Assembly: GCA_030265395.1 (NCBI GenBank)
Contig: JARFYF010000063.1
Span: 76,126,163 to 76,190,162, forward strand
Length of the DNA stretch: 64,000 nt
Source: Rhina ancylostomus
Taxonomy: Eukaryota
Reading direction: 5' to 3'
In this document: in pieces, positions 13,600 to 26,995 of the stretch
How positions within the stretch are numbered: position 1 is the first letter of the stretch
Layout of the letters: the number at the start of each line of letters is the position of its first letter
Made by a program: the position numbers and the translations under genes
The notes under the pieces: generated by a model
What the model was told of the DNA's origin: nothing
Seen by the model: the letters and a program-made list of their open reading frames with translations, nothing else
Databases searched by the model: none

Positions 13600-13975
13600 T
13601 TACTTTAAATGCCTTAATATAATATTATGAGATGCATAATGAGTAGGTGGTCATAACCTTTTCCCATGGTGGGGGTATCAAAAACTAGAGGGTATTGGTT
13701 TAAGGTGAGAGGAAGGAGTTTTAAAGGGGATTTGAGGGCAGCGCTGTTCTTACATAGAGAGCAGTTGATATCTGGAACACACTTCTAGAGGAGATGGTGG
13801 AGTAACATTCAAGCTTTATGTTTAAGAGGCATTTAGGCAGCCACTTAAATCGGAAAGAAAGATATGGTCCTTAGTGCAGGCAAATAGGATTAGTGTAGAT
13901 GGGCAAAAAGTTTGGCATGAACATGGTGGGCTGCAGGACCCATTTCTGTACTGTATAATCCTATAAATCTATGAC
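13600..13975 (+). mobile_element. CR1 3' end
   Basis: aaaactagagggtattggtttaaggtgagagg...tttaagaggcatttag...ctgtataatc...tctatgactc. Confidence 0.8.
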
Positions 13976-14054
13976 TCTTATATCTGGACCATCCTGCAAA
14001 ACTTATAAAAGTGAACACAAATCAGATACCTGATTAATTTTTTGCTGTCATAAG

Positions 14055-14296
14055 ACTCTTGACCGGACCTCTTGTACAATAAAGATGAACTCATGATCTC
14101 ATAATTTACCTTGTCATCATCCTTGCACCTTATCTGCCTGCCTGCACTGCATTTTCTCTGTAACTGTAACACTATATTCTGCATTCTGTTTTCATCTGGA
14201 CTGCCTTGTGTGAAATGGTGTGTCTGAATGGCATCCAAACAAAGCTTTTCACAGTGTCTTGGTATATGTGACAATAATAAATCAATTACCAATTAT
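14055..14296 (+). mobile_element. Rex/Babar-type LINE 3' UTR
   Basis: 3' UTR-like sequence ending ttttcacagtgtcttggtatatgtgacaataataaatcaattaccaatt, same type of ending as other Rex tails in the window. Confidence 0.55.
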
Positions 14297-14309
14297 TGTC
14301 AATAATAAT

Positions 14310-15155
14310 ACAAAAATGTTAGTGTGGTTGGCAGGAAGGAGGAATGATTTTAACCTCAGGAGAATGTAGATGATCTGTTCATTTGGGCAAATGGAATTTG
14401 ATTAGAGAACTGTAAGGTAATGTATTTGGGCAGCTGCAACAAGGCAGCAGTCCTAAAATAAATGGGAGGATTTAGAAAATGATGAAGAAACAGAGAAATC
14501 ATGGAGTATTATGTCTGCAAATCCTTAAAAGGTAGCAGGATAGGTTGATAAGATGATGGAAAAGGCATCTGGAGTGCCTTTCTTTATTAGCCAAAGCACT
14601 GAATATAAGAGTAGGGAGGTTATGCACGCATTTGCCAGTTCGACCACAGTTTGAGTCCTGCATACAGTTCTGGTCACATTGCAGGAGAGTTGTAACTGTA
14701 CAGTAGGTTTACAAGGATGTTAGCAGGAGAAGTTCAGATGCAAGGATATATTAGAATAGTTTTCTTCAGACAGAGGAGACAGAAGGGAAGACTTGATTAG
14801 GATGTAGAAAATTCTGAAGGAACTAGAGTAAGTAGGAAGCACTTACTTCCCTGAACTGAGGGATCAAAAACCAAGGGGCATAGGTTCAAATTCAGCAGTA
14901 GAAGATTTACTAGGTAGATGAGGCAATTATTTTCACCCAGAGGGTGATAGAGGTCTGGAGCTCACTGCCTGAATGGGTGGTAGAGGCAGAAACCTTCATC
15001 ACCTTTAAAAAGTGCTGAATATGCAATTAAAGAGCTGTGATTTGTAGACCCCTGATTGTGTACTGGACTGCGACATTTGACCAGATAGCTCTTCTTTGTC
15101 TGGCGCAGACATGATAAATTGAATGGCTTCCTTCAGTATCAAGTATTTTCCATGT
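14310..15155 (+). mobile_element. CR1 RT C-terminal part and 3' UTR, decayed
   Basis: aaatggaattt...tgtaaggtaatgtatttgg, cagttctggtcac, aaaaccaaggggcatagg, ttcacccagagggtg. Confidence 0.8.
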
Positions 15156-16079
15156 CTTCAGCACAATCTGATATGGTTGTCAAGAATTTCTCCCAAGTGG
15201 TGCTCTCTCATTTTTTAAGTGTATTTTCCTCCAAATCAGCCAAGCCAGTACAAATGATTGGTGAATTTTGATTCCAAAGTTACAGGTACCTTTACATTTC
15301 TACCTTGTTTTCGTGCCAGTTTAAAACCACTGCACTGCAAACACTGCAGTAGCAACACTGCACTGGAAACCTGGCACTAAAACAATCCAGCAGGAACTCT
15401 GCAACAGAAACTCTTGTAGAAGCATGGCACTGGAAACACAGCACGAGAAGCACTGCACTAGACACCACTCACATTTCCAGATGGAATAAATCACCCATTT
15501 CCAGTCCTTTGAGGAGGCCCTGCAAATCAAAACAGTTTTCTCAAGCGCAGGCAAGTTTTCAAAGCTTTCGAATATAAGTTTGTTTCTAATTTATCAAGGA
15601 ACTGACGACTAAATTCCATATTGACTGGTAAATATTTCTACACAGTCTTAAAGCCATTTTCAGTTATTTAAAAATTGGATTTGTCACAGGTGGTGTAGAC
15701 TAAGCACTGAGTAGAAATGCTGTTTTTATGACAAACCTCTCTTGCTTAATTGTATAAACTAAACTGCACACAAAGGTACCAATCTTAAATATACCAAGAT
15801 ATGTTTTAACCCAATTTATTTTCACCTTAAAATGCTGCTCAAGTGTTAGTCAGATGTCATATTCAGTCTTATGCGAAACCAAAGTAATTTTTGACACACA
15901 TTTGTACCTGGATTGTCAATTATGTCCAAGTTCAGCTGTGTTGTCTTTAGTTTGGAAATACAATGTCTTGACAAGACTTTATTTAACAATTTTTTAATGC
16001 ACCATTTGTGAGTGATTGAACTCTGAAGAGTAGGACTTAAATGTTTGTATCAATGCTGCAAAATAGTCCTGATAGCACA

Positions 16080-17300
16080 TCAAATTCAATTTATATAGCT
16101 CCCTTGAGGTCGGAAAATATCTTAAGGAGTGCAATCAGATAAAAGCTGAAGGAAGTTGAAGAGATGATAGAACAAAAGACTGAAATCTTGGGTGAAAAAA
16201 ATAGCTTTAAAGCAGCTTCTGAAGGAGGAGAGGTGGAAAAAGGGGAGTGTCTGTGGAGGAATTTCCAAAGCTTGGAGCCTTAGGTAAATGAAAGCACCTC
16301 AGGAAATGGTCAGCAGACCTGAGTACACAAGAGTTGGAGAATACATAGGTTTTGAAGGCTTGAGGAGGGTACAAAGATAGGGAAGGATAAGATCAAAATG
16401 TAACAATGCGAATTTTAATATCGAGGGCTGGGAATTGATGTAAGGGAGCAAATGCAGAGATAGTTCTTGAACAAGACTGGGTACTGCTTAGTATTTGGCC
16501 AGAAGTGTTTTGGTTAAGCATCAATTTATGGAGATAGCTTTAGAATAGTTAAATTTTGAGGTAGCAAACTTGTGGGATCAGAGAGCATGTGCTATAAGGA
16601 GAGGCTGGACAAACTTGGGTTGTTTTCTGTGGAGTGGCAGAGGCTGAGGGGAGACCTGATGGAAGCTTATGAGATTATGAGAAGTATAGATAGAGTAGGC
16701 AGCTGGTGTTTTTTTTCCCAGTGTACCAGGGCATGCAGTTAAGGTGAGTGGGGGTAAGTTCAAAGGAGATACGTGGGTATGCTTTTTTACACAGAGTGGT
16801 GAGTGCCTGATATGCACTGAGAGGGATGGTAGTGGAGGCAAATATGATATAGGCGTTTAAAAGGCTCTTGGATGGGAACATGACTGTTTAGAGAATGGAG
16901 GGATAGTGACATTGCATAGGCAGAAGGGAATAGTTAAGTTAGGTGTTTAATTACAAGTTTACTTGGTTTGGCACAACATCGTGGGCTGAAGGGCCTGTTC
17001 CTGTGCTGTACTGTTCTATGTAGAAATTATGATGTTACCAATGGATAAGTAGGGGAGAGATGAGCATTGTTATGGAGGTGCAAGTCTTTGTGCCGGTGAA
17101 AAAATGGGGCCAGGACTTGAGCTTTGCTAAACTGAGTCACCAAAAGTTTGAAATGTCTGATTTAAGATGAGGCCATGCTCAGGGAAGGGGATAACATCAA
17201 TTCAAGGTAATGCAGTTTGCAGCAGGACCAACTCAATGGTGTTACACTTGCCAATGAGAAAAAAAAACATTTCTCATGTGGGACTAAATGTCTGGCAACA
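16080..17300 (-). mobile_element. Decayed L2-type LINE (antisense) interrupted by a CR1 copy
   Basis: caatttatatagc tail and gaaggaggagag / gaatttccaaagcttggagcctagg segments shared with the L2-like copies at 46030 and 63100. Confidence 0.55.
16578..17021 (+). mobile_element. Younger CR1 3' end nested in the L2
   Basis: YKERLDKLGLFSVEWQRLRGDLMEAYEIMR frame (CR1 ORF2 C-terminus); ends gggctgaagggcctgttcctgtgctgtactgttctatgt. Confidence 0.88.
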
Positions 17301-19639
17301 AAAAGGGTAATGAGNNNNNNNNNNCACAGCCAGATCCTTGAAGCTTTCAGAGATAACTGTGCAGGTGGGAAGAAAAGCCATTGCTGGCTGTATGTGGCGT
17401 CTGTGGATTCAGTTCCCTTTCTGCTTTGAGGAAATCAAGGATTGGAAATTACATAATACCTTCCAGTGAAGCATCTTGTGAACCACTCTGAACCTTGATT
17501 TGAGAAAGATCAGCACTAGTGCTGCAGAAACATGGGCTCTCAAAGACTTTATCAGATGTTCCTTGGTTCATTTGTATCCAATATCTTTGTAACTGGTGTT
17601 GCTGCAGCTGAGTGAGAAACAGCACATATGTTGATACCAAAGAAAGGGAATTGAAAGTAGATCCCAGTTTTTCCACACTAATATCCTTGTTATATTTATG
17701 CAAAACCTCATGAATGAGTAACTGACAGGATGTTTAATTCACAGCATCCTGCATGCAATTGCTAGTTCAGCTACAAAACAAACTGGTGAGCTGAATATTT
17801 TGATTTCTGGTTTAAACTATAGTATTTTTGCAATGCTCAGCATGAAATGAAATTAATTTTTAGAACCCCAGTGAACAAGGATGTCCTGTGCTTATTTGAA
17901 TGTTTGTTACATTTATCTCAGATGTTAACTTGAATACAAAATTAGCTTAGAGGAGAGAAACACAAGCACCTAAACACAGATTTTTCTCCTTTAAAACACA
18001 CACAAGGATCCCCAAAGACTAGCCTGTATCTTCATCAACAACCTCAGAACATGAAAGTGACATTGTACTATTTGCTGATGACAACTCCCCTACAGAATAA
18101 TTTGGTTCCCATCTGAAAGACAGACATTGAGTGAATAACCTCAGACAGATGCAGACCAAATTTGACAGTGGGCAGACAAGTGGTGTGTTTTCTAGAGGAC
18201 TGAGAAGAGGAAGTCAATATTTCTGCCAAGTAGGATTAATTGTAATGTTGTCTACCTTTCTCTGCCATAAGAACATCAATCTCTCTTCAGTTACAAGCAT
18301 TTGCTTTTAAGCTGGGCAATTAGAGCATATTTTTCCATAAGTAAGGTCAGTTGCTGCACTTTCAACACTATAGGGTAAATTCCATCACCCTGCACTCTCA
18401 ACTGGGAAATCGCAGCAGCAGAATGATTTTTGATAACTGATTTTACCGTGTTGTCATCCAGTCTGTAGTTAATGCTCTCCTTGAAAATGCATGTAGTTTG
18501 GATTGCAGGATTATTAAATAAATCTTTATGCAGTGTGGAATATTGTTTATATTTTGCACATGTCTCTTTCTAATTAGATAAATCTAAGAATGGAGCAAAC
18601 TGTATCTCCAGTGGTGGTATCTTGAGCGGGATCTATATTAATAGAAATGTGATTGAAGGGATTGGTAATTCAGAAGCTATTTTGCAAAGATAGATAAAAC
18701 AAGTTATTCAGATAAACACCAAAACTTGCATTAAATATATTGGGTTAATAAATCTAGGCTGATCTCATAGCCCACATTTCTGGATCACTCTGAAGGGACA
18801 ATTCATTAATATACCATTATCCTGCAAAATTCTCTGCAACAAATTTGTTTAAATACTGCTTCAGATTCTAGTTACTTTATCGTTTTTGTCCAATCTACTT
18901 TAGATAAAGCTTTTGGTTAAATTGGATAGTGCTAGAAAATGGTCACAGATCAAAACAGGTGCAGTATGTGTGTTGCAGCCTAATCAATCTAATATCAGAG
19001 ATGTGCCATTTACAACTGTGTTACTGGCCTTGCACGTATCCAGGGAACATTATTTTGTGGGTGGCTTGCACCAATTTAAGACAGCTAGCCCTGATTAAAG
19101 TCAGGCTTTCTTGGCTGAAGCCACTAACAAAACAGTAACATAGGTCATAGGAGCTTCTTAAAGATTAGCTGTTCACAGGGTGAGCAGATGCCCCAATTTT
19201 CCATTGTGATTCTGAAGGCCTTGTCCAGTGTGCCAATCAAACAGCTCTGTTTGCCTTGGATGATATCAAGCTGCTCGAGGATTGTTGGAGTTGAACTTTC
19301 CAGGCAAATGGAAGGTAGAACATCACACTCCTAATGTCTATTGTAGGAAGTGGAAAGATTATGGGAGTACCAATTGACTCATTTGTCACAGACCATTCCA
19401 CATCTAAGTTGGTCTTGCAATCCCAATAATTTTGTGATTGATTCAGTTGAGTTGATGTTTCTTTATGAATACCAAAATCTTGAAAGGAATTCAGTTATTG
19501 TCATCTGGATTTTTAAGAGGCTTCCAATACACCTTGAAATGTTGATGTCTCCTTATAACATTGCAAACTGTATAGTCCTCAGATTTCCATACTTTGTTCT
19601 GCCTGTTGATCTTGAGCACCTTGTTGTGGGCCTCAACTA

Positions 19640-20335
19640 CTTCCCTCAGGCTTCAGCATGTTACAGGTTGTAAAATGTTAATGTCTTAAGACCAGCTTGG
19701 AAAGAATGAGAGTCACGAATATAGCAACAAATGCCATCTTTACAATTGGCACAGTGGTTTCGGGCTTGTTTTGTGCACATCGCTGTGAAGACCTTGAAGA
19801 AGGGGAGTCCCCTCAATCAGTGTTCTTCCTTACATTGATGGAGGATAATAGCTTTGAGAAAGTCCATTTTGGTTAGAGCCTTGATTGACAAGTCCTTCCA
19901 TCCTTTTTTCTTCCATTTCTGGCTGCAGCCAGCATGTCTGGCAGCAGCTGATCGAGTGAAAATTTAAAGTGCACCTTCAGCCACACCAGTCTTATCAACT
20001 GCAATGTCATCCAACAATCAGAAACAATTAAATCTATACCAAGTCTTGTTCCACTCAATTACCAATAAACCTGCAAGTATTTGAGGATCCCTATCTTTAG
20101 TGCAGGTGGTATAAGAGATTGGGCACAATTCTTCTCTGCTGCTAAAAGCCAGGTCTTTGTGCACACTTAACAAATGAAGCTAGCTGGATTGTTCCTGCCA
20201 TCACATTAGCATCATGCAAAGAATTGACATCGCAATCTGCCTTCTGCGAATTCTTGTACTGTCTTCACCAATCTGGCTGATAGCAAAGGTCATGCTGAAA
20301 ATATGCAAGAAATTCCTTATAGGTACACATTAATA
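19640..20335 (-). mobile_element. Decayed RTE/BovB-like LINE fragment
   Basis: Reverse strand resembles the RTE ORF linker (stop-riddled); recognised by pattern only. Confidence 0.4.
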
Positions 20336-23300
20336 GCATTCCAAACAACTAGTGCCACAGACCAATTTTGTGGTCTTGCCCGTTTGGAAGCCAGGAAAAT
20401 GTAGATAATAATGTGATAAATTTATTGATACTACTTTTGATATAAAGTGGACGAGCCTTTCTGCAAGACTTGCACAAAGGAGTAAAGCAAACAAAATTTA
20501 TTTTGTCAGTAAACAACAAAATTAGAATCAGCTTTAAAAGAATGTGCGAACTGCATGAGAAAACAGAATTCATGACTGCAGCAATATCTCCCAGTAAAAG
20601 TACAGTGATTTTCATTCCCCGGAAAATCCAGTGAGTGGAAGATAGTTGCAATTTGTGCTTAAAAATCAATCCCAGATTTTTGCTGCAGTGCTGATGGGAT
20701 TACATAAACTTTTCTGGCTGGGATAGTGGTGTTGCTCTATTCAGCAGTTATGACATTGTTCCTATGAATGACTCAGCAGTTTTGTCTTCTGTTTTCTTGT
20801 GGTGTTCCATCATTGCTTTCAATAAGTCTTAATGAGGCAATGTAAAACTGAAACTTCACTGTGACCATTTTCCTTTTATCATCTTTTTCTACTTTTTAAT
20901 CAGCATCTGTTTGGACTTGTGAGAGAGTTTTAGGGTGCTTGATTGAATCTCCAAGACTAATATATTTTTGCTTTCTCAGTAAAACACCATCTTTATCACT
21001 GTTGTAATGGGCTCATGTATGCTTAATCAATGGCACTTAAAAGTTATGCTCAATTGTACATGCACGCCCTTTGCTCTGCTGATGCCCAATTTTTAACCCA
21101 CCATCAGCTGTGAGAAATTTATTAAACTTGGAAGAATTGTGGCCAGTGTAGATGTGAGTGGCACCTGAGTGCACTGCGGCTGCAGCCTGTTAGGATAAGT
21201 TTGGATTGATGAGTCAGGACAGACCAGATTAACAGCAGCAAAGTGCCAGCTTTGTTTCTGGCAAGAATAGTGAGTTGTGTGACTAAGGTTTAACTTTTAA
21301 AGTATTTAAATGTTTATATCATTGCAAAAGAAAATTGAATGTTTTTGAAATAAAATATTAATATTTTAAACATTGTGTGATTTCATTTTTGACACTTTGT
21401 AATTTGGTAAGTCTGGGAGCACGGCTTAACTAGCTATCAAAAACATGTGGTAGATCTTTTGCTGTTTACAGCCAGAGGAGGCTTGTCAGTCTGGTCAGAA
21501 TGTCAGAGCTATCTTTGGGGATCAAGTTGTCACTAGAAGATCGATAGCAGTTGTATGGGATGGGAAACAAAATCAGGTGATTTTTTTTTGCCCCTCCAAG
21601 GAAAACCAACTTATTGAAGAATGAGCATACTTGCAGTTGATGATTAATTTTGCTGGGGGTGGGGGAGGGTGCAGTGTGCACGTAACTTAGACAAGAGTTT
21701 ACCAGTCTGTTCCTTCTGCAAATGCACTAGTTCGTGCTGCATTGAATCGAGATGGGTCTGTTGTTGTTGAATAAGGATGGAGGAAATGTTAGAAATGGAT
21801 AACTGCTCTCACAGTTTCTGGAAATGGACAGCACTGGTGGTTAACTTGTTTTCTTGATATATTTCAAGTACTGCAGATTAGGAGGGGTGAACTCTTCCAA
21901 ATTAGTGGATAATTCATTGGAGTGTGACTTTTATTTCTCAGGATATGACAATGTCAGCATTTGATGCACATCTCTAGTGGGTGTAGGCCACCTTTGACTG
22001 CTATAGATCTGAATGGCATCCATGCCACTGCAGACACTTAACTAACCCAGACCTATTAGGTTGGCTTTTTTCCTTTCCTAAGGAACATTAGAGAATCAAT
22101 TGGTGTTTCAGATGATAATTTGAGAAATTAATGGTTGCGTTTATTAGTCCCATCCATTTATTTTCATGTTCTTTAAACTTATTTTAAATTCTTTATTTGC
22201 CATGGCATTAGAATATGAATTTGAATTTCCCAGTTACATGGACCTTAACCTGGGTACACCTGCAGGTTGAGAATATTAGATGACCTTAGAGACCTACAAC
22301 TAAAATAGTCAGCACTGGATTTTAGTAGCTTCAATGGCCTTCATTCTTTGGGTCTGATACAGTTTTGGTAGAGAAAAGAAAGCATATTTGTTGGCAGATT
22401 TATATTCAGAAAAAATATTTGGTAATATTTGGCAAATGAATAAGAGTTGCATTCCATTCACAGAAAACCAGATTTACATAGTGGGTCTCTTCTGCCTCAA
22501 TTGGTTACAACAGTTCCAAACAGAATACAGAAGTCCCTGGTTTGATTCCTAGCCTGTGTTATGTTACTGGATCTCAACCTGCGTGTTGTCTTTGAATCAA
22601 CAATCAATTTTAAGGAAAGTGCCTGTGTGCAGAAATTGGCTGATGGCATTAGAGCATCTACAGCACCCCTTTGTCTGTTTCCTGCTCAACTAAGAATCCT
22701 GGAGAAAATTCATTAAGTATGCGTGACAATCTCTCTATAAATTTCTGTCTGCTCTTTTGGATTTTGGAGAACTCCGATAGAGACTCTACATGAGAGTTTG
22801 AGGAGAATTCTCCCGCAGTATACTGCTAATAAACGCGTTTAAATTAACCTGTGGCACTGTGTTACTTTGCATCGGACAGCAGTAAGAATTGAATTATGGG
22901 ACAACTGCATGATGGATCTGGCAGTTGACCCCTCTTTTAATATTCACTGTACCCTCACTGATGGGGATGTTCACTGCTGAGGCCTTGCATAAGTAGTGGG
23001 TATTTGGCCAAGCATATAGATGGTGTCTGCAGAACTCTAAATCAGCATGAAGGCAATGCCTTCAATGTAATTAAAGTTTCCCTGTCCCCCGATGTAATCG
23101 TAGTGCTTTGAGCACAGTCTTTATTTCAGGTTTTCATGAGTTTCTCCTTTACAGTGTCCTGTATAGGCCTGCACTTTACTGCAATGATGGAAGATATTTC
23201 TAATGGAAAAACTTTCTTGGATTTTCATTTCACCAGAAATTAGTTTGTAGAATAATTGGCAATATTTTGATGTCAGATGACTGTTTTGGATGTGGCAAGG

Positions 23301-23575
23301 ACTATTAATTGAAATGTTCTAAAAATGTACTTCGGTCAGCATTTATTGTGCACAATGCAGGGAGAGAAAGGGAATGGGGAGGGTCCCGTTTCTGAATTGC
23401 TCAAGTATGTTTCTGTGTGGTGACAAATTGGCATTTCCCTGGAATGCCCTGATTCAGAGCTGTATGAAATAAGTTATTTGTTCCATATACATATTTAAAC
23501 CTAGACTATGTTTGAGGAAGACAAAATGTTCGTGTCATTTTATTTTTAATTTTTTGTCAATGTATTCCTGTGTAG

Positions 23576-23635
23576 GTTCTGCCTCTTCGTGCAATTCTGA
23601 AGATGAACAGAAATTGCCTAACTTTATAGAAAAGG
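23576..23635 (+). CDS. STXBP5: STXBP5 HVR cassette exon, 60 nt (first half of the b-tomosyn insert)
   Basis: tgtgtag| and |gtatag. Translates GSASSCNSEDEQKLPNFIEK (recalled human GSSSPHNSDDEQKMNNFIEK). Confidence 0.92.
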
Positions 23636-23729
23636 GTATAGTATTATAGTGCAATATAATTCAGTTCTCTTTTTTCTAAAATTAAATCAACATTGTTTTA
23701 TTTACATATAAATTATTATGCCTTTCTAG

Positions 23730-23777
23730 TGAAAAACAAAAGCAGAAAATTTTCCAAGACCGTAGTATCTGACATAG
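23730..23777 (+). CDS. STXBP5: STXBP5 HVR cassette exon, 48 nt (second half of the b-tomosyn insert)
   Basis: tttctag| and |gtatga. Translates VKNKSRKFSKTVVSDI (recalled human VKTKSRKFSKMVANDI). Confidence 0.92.
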
Positions 23778-24589
23778 GTATGATGTAATAATTCCATATT
23801 TAACTAATGCCTTTCTCTCTGAAATACTAACCAAAAACAGATGAATAATCAAAGCACCTTGCTTGGTGGCTTACAAATTTACACTTTGTGCTTTTGGGCT
23901 GTTTCTGATCTGTTAGTGCAATGCATGATTGTGAATTGATCACTGTTGTATTTTATCAGAATTGTTGTATTGAGCGGAAGTGAAACACTTGACCAAAAGA
24001 GAAACCGTTTGTAATTGCTTTTCCTCTTGCTGAATTTGCTTTCGTGATTCATTGTATCAAAATCATTCTGTTAATAACAATGTTGATATTTTCTTCAAGG
24101 ATGCATATGAAATGAGTTTACAGATTCATTGAAATACTTGTTGGAAACAACAACTGCAAACCCAAAAGGCGATTAAATTTAGTATATATTCAGCTTTTTT
24201 ATTTAATCATGACTTGATTTTTTTAAAATTTTGGTTTAGTTTTAAATTGGTTTCAACAGTACAATTGTTCAACACATTGACGGGTTCCAATTGACAGCTC
24301 AACCTAACATACTTGTATTATGAAAAAAAATCTCTGGCAGAAATCAGGAAATGTATTGCTTCAAGCTTTTATGGCTTATGACGTTGATTGCTACAAAAAT
24401 AAAATTTATTACATTCTGGTAAGAAAAAGGCTTCCCACTCTAAATGTTGAGTCAAAGGCTGCATCAGGGTATGTGGGATGAGTGTTCAGACTGTAATTGT
24501 TATATGTCCTAATTGACTTCTTTTGGCTTTGCATGCAGGAAGATGAAGCCAGGTGTAACCTTTATCTAGTAATATTAGAGCGCAAAGGA

Positions 24590-25205
24590 TAATCACAAGA
24601 AATAGAAACAGGAATAGCCCATTTGGCACCTCAAGCCTGCTCTGCCATTCAGTAACATCATGACTGACCTTGTACCTCAGAACCACGTTCCTGCACTAAC
24701 TCCATTTTTAATTAGCCTATGTAACAAAATTCCAAAAGTTCTCTACTTTCAATTAAGAAATTTTTTTTCTTACTATTGTCTTAATGACTGGCCTCTTATT
24801 TTGAAACTGTGACCCCTGGCTCTAGACACCCCAGCAAGGGAAAATATCAGCTCTGCATCTGGCCTGTCAAGGATTTTGTACATTTCACTCCACCTAGGCT
24901 CAGTCTGCTTAATTTCCCCTCATCATGACAAACCATGTGAGCAAGGAATCAACTTGGTGAATCTTTGCAGCATTCCTTCTGTTAAAAATATATCTTTCCT
25001 TGGGTATGTAAATCAGACCTGTACAAAGTTTTCCAGAAGCTCTAAGTAACTACAGTAAGGTGCCTCTACTCATGAACTCATTTCTCCTATCAGTAAAGGT
25101 CAATATCATTGATTGTATGCTATATCTGCTTGTTAACATTCAGTAATTTGTATGCAATGACACCAAAAACCATCTGAACTCCCTTCATTCTCTCACCTTT
25201 CAAGC
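24590..25205 (-). mobile_element. CR1 3' region, antisense
   Basis: aaatagaaacaggaatagcccatttggc...tctgccattcagtaacatcatgactga, cttattttgaaactgtgacccctgg. Confidence 0.75.
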
Positions 25206-25264
25206 TCTGCATTCTGAGCTTTTAACATTCCTTTGTGTTCTCTCTAACTTCCTTCATTAACCTA

Positions 25265-26995
25265 TCAACCAGATGACTTCATGTATGACTTATCCCCACA
25301 GCAACCCTGGCCTCGCCCAATCAGAGATGTTCCCTTTGTCTGATCTGAAACATGAATTCCCTTTCTCTTTGCACAGGTGCAGTTGAGTTTTCCAGCGTTT
25401 TGTGCTTTGTTCAAACAGTGGTAAGAGACCAAAGACGAGAGTTGGAGTGGTATGAGAATTAAAGTGACAGACAACTGAAATCCCAGGGTCACTCTTGCAA
25501 AATAAGCAGGGGTATTCCGCATAGTAGTCATCCAATATGCATTTGTGTTTTTCCAGTATAGAAGATGCTACATAATGAACACCAAATGGAGTACATTACG
25601 TTGGAAGAAATGCAAGTAAATCACTGCTTCCCCACAGGAGTCTTTGGTCCTTGGATGATGAGAAATCCTAGTTCAATCTCCTGCGATTGCTTGCGAAAGT
25701 GCTGTGAAGGTGGGGGAGGGGGGGTTGGGGTGGCTGTTCGTGACGATGGAAGAGTGAACTCTAGAATTGTGAAGGAAACAGTGCCCTCAGAAACAGGAGG
25801 GAAAAATGTGCCTGATGGGGGTATTCTGTTGAAGGTGATGGAAGCTATGGAGGATGGTCCATTCAATGAAGAGGTTGGTGGGTGGAAGGTTATGACAAGG
25901 GGAACCCTACCCTTGCTCTCTGGCTGGCAGAAGAGGGTTAAGAAAAGTAGTATGGAAACTAGAAAAAACATTGAGAGCGATGTCTTCTGAAGTGGGGGAG
26001 GATGCCATGGTTGAGAAAAGGGGAAGACATTTCAGAGACAAGGTGTGGAAAATGTTATTGTGAGGAAAGAATGAGATGGACCCAGAGAAACTGGAAGAAT
26101 GGAATGCCTACAGAAAACGGGTGTTGCCAAGGTAACTGCAGGAGACTGTTGGCTTGCAATGGGAATTGGTCACTAACCTATCCTCTCAGAGGGAGAAAGA
26201 AAGGTCAANNNNNNNNNNNNNNNNNNNNNNNNNNNNNNNNNNNNNNNNNNNNNNNNNNNNNNNNNNNNNNNNNNNNNNNNNNNNNNNNNNNNNNNNNNNN
26301 NNNNNNNNAAAGAGAAAACTGAAATTGGCAGGAAAGGCAATGAAAGTTTTGACTTCTGGATAGGAGCATCGATATAGTCATCAATGTATTGGAACAAGTG
26401 GTGAAAATGTGGGCCTGAGTAGGACTGAAGCAAGGACTTCTGTATGTATCCCATAAAGGAACAGGCACAACTTGAACTTGAGCACATTCGTGTAGCTACA
26501 CCTTTAATTGAGAAATGAGTTTGACTGGGTGAAGGAGGAGGACTGTTTAGGCCTTTGAGGAAGAAATGGAGGACCCCAGGACCATGGAAGTATAGAGGGA
26601 TTGGACATGGTGAAAATTTACTGGTTGGGACCATGAAAGTGGAAACTCTCTCAAAATATTGGATTGTATCAGAGATGTCATGGATGTAAGTAGCAAGAAA
26701 CTGCATAAGAGAAAGAATAGAGTCAAGGTAAGAAGCAATGGGTTCTTTGGGCCAGGAACAGGCCAAAACAATGGGACCACCAAGGCAGTCTTGTTTGTGG
26801 ATCTTGGGGAGGAGAGAGAAGCAAGCTTAGTGTGTTTGAGAAGCTGTGGAAGGAAGCTCTCTGGAGAAATGAGATTAGTGAAAATCAATGGCCTTATGTT
26901 CAGTGGTGGGCTCATGGTCCAATGTGAAATTATGCTGGGGGTATCAGAGAGCTGGCCATCAGCCTCTGCAAGATGGAGTTATTCTCTTTCATAAA
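25265..26995 (-). mobile_element. Penelope-like element (RT + GIY-YIG endonuclease), pseudogenised
   Basis: Minus-strand frames give PLE RT motifs (IKGVAT...CACSFMGYIQKSLLQSYSGP...LFQYIDD), the thumb region RVPLVITFHP, and GIY-YIG region remnants (HFNS); multiple frameshifts. Confidence 0.88.
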
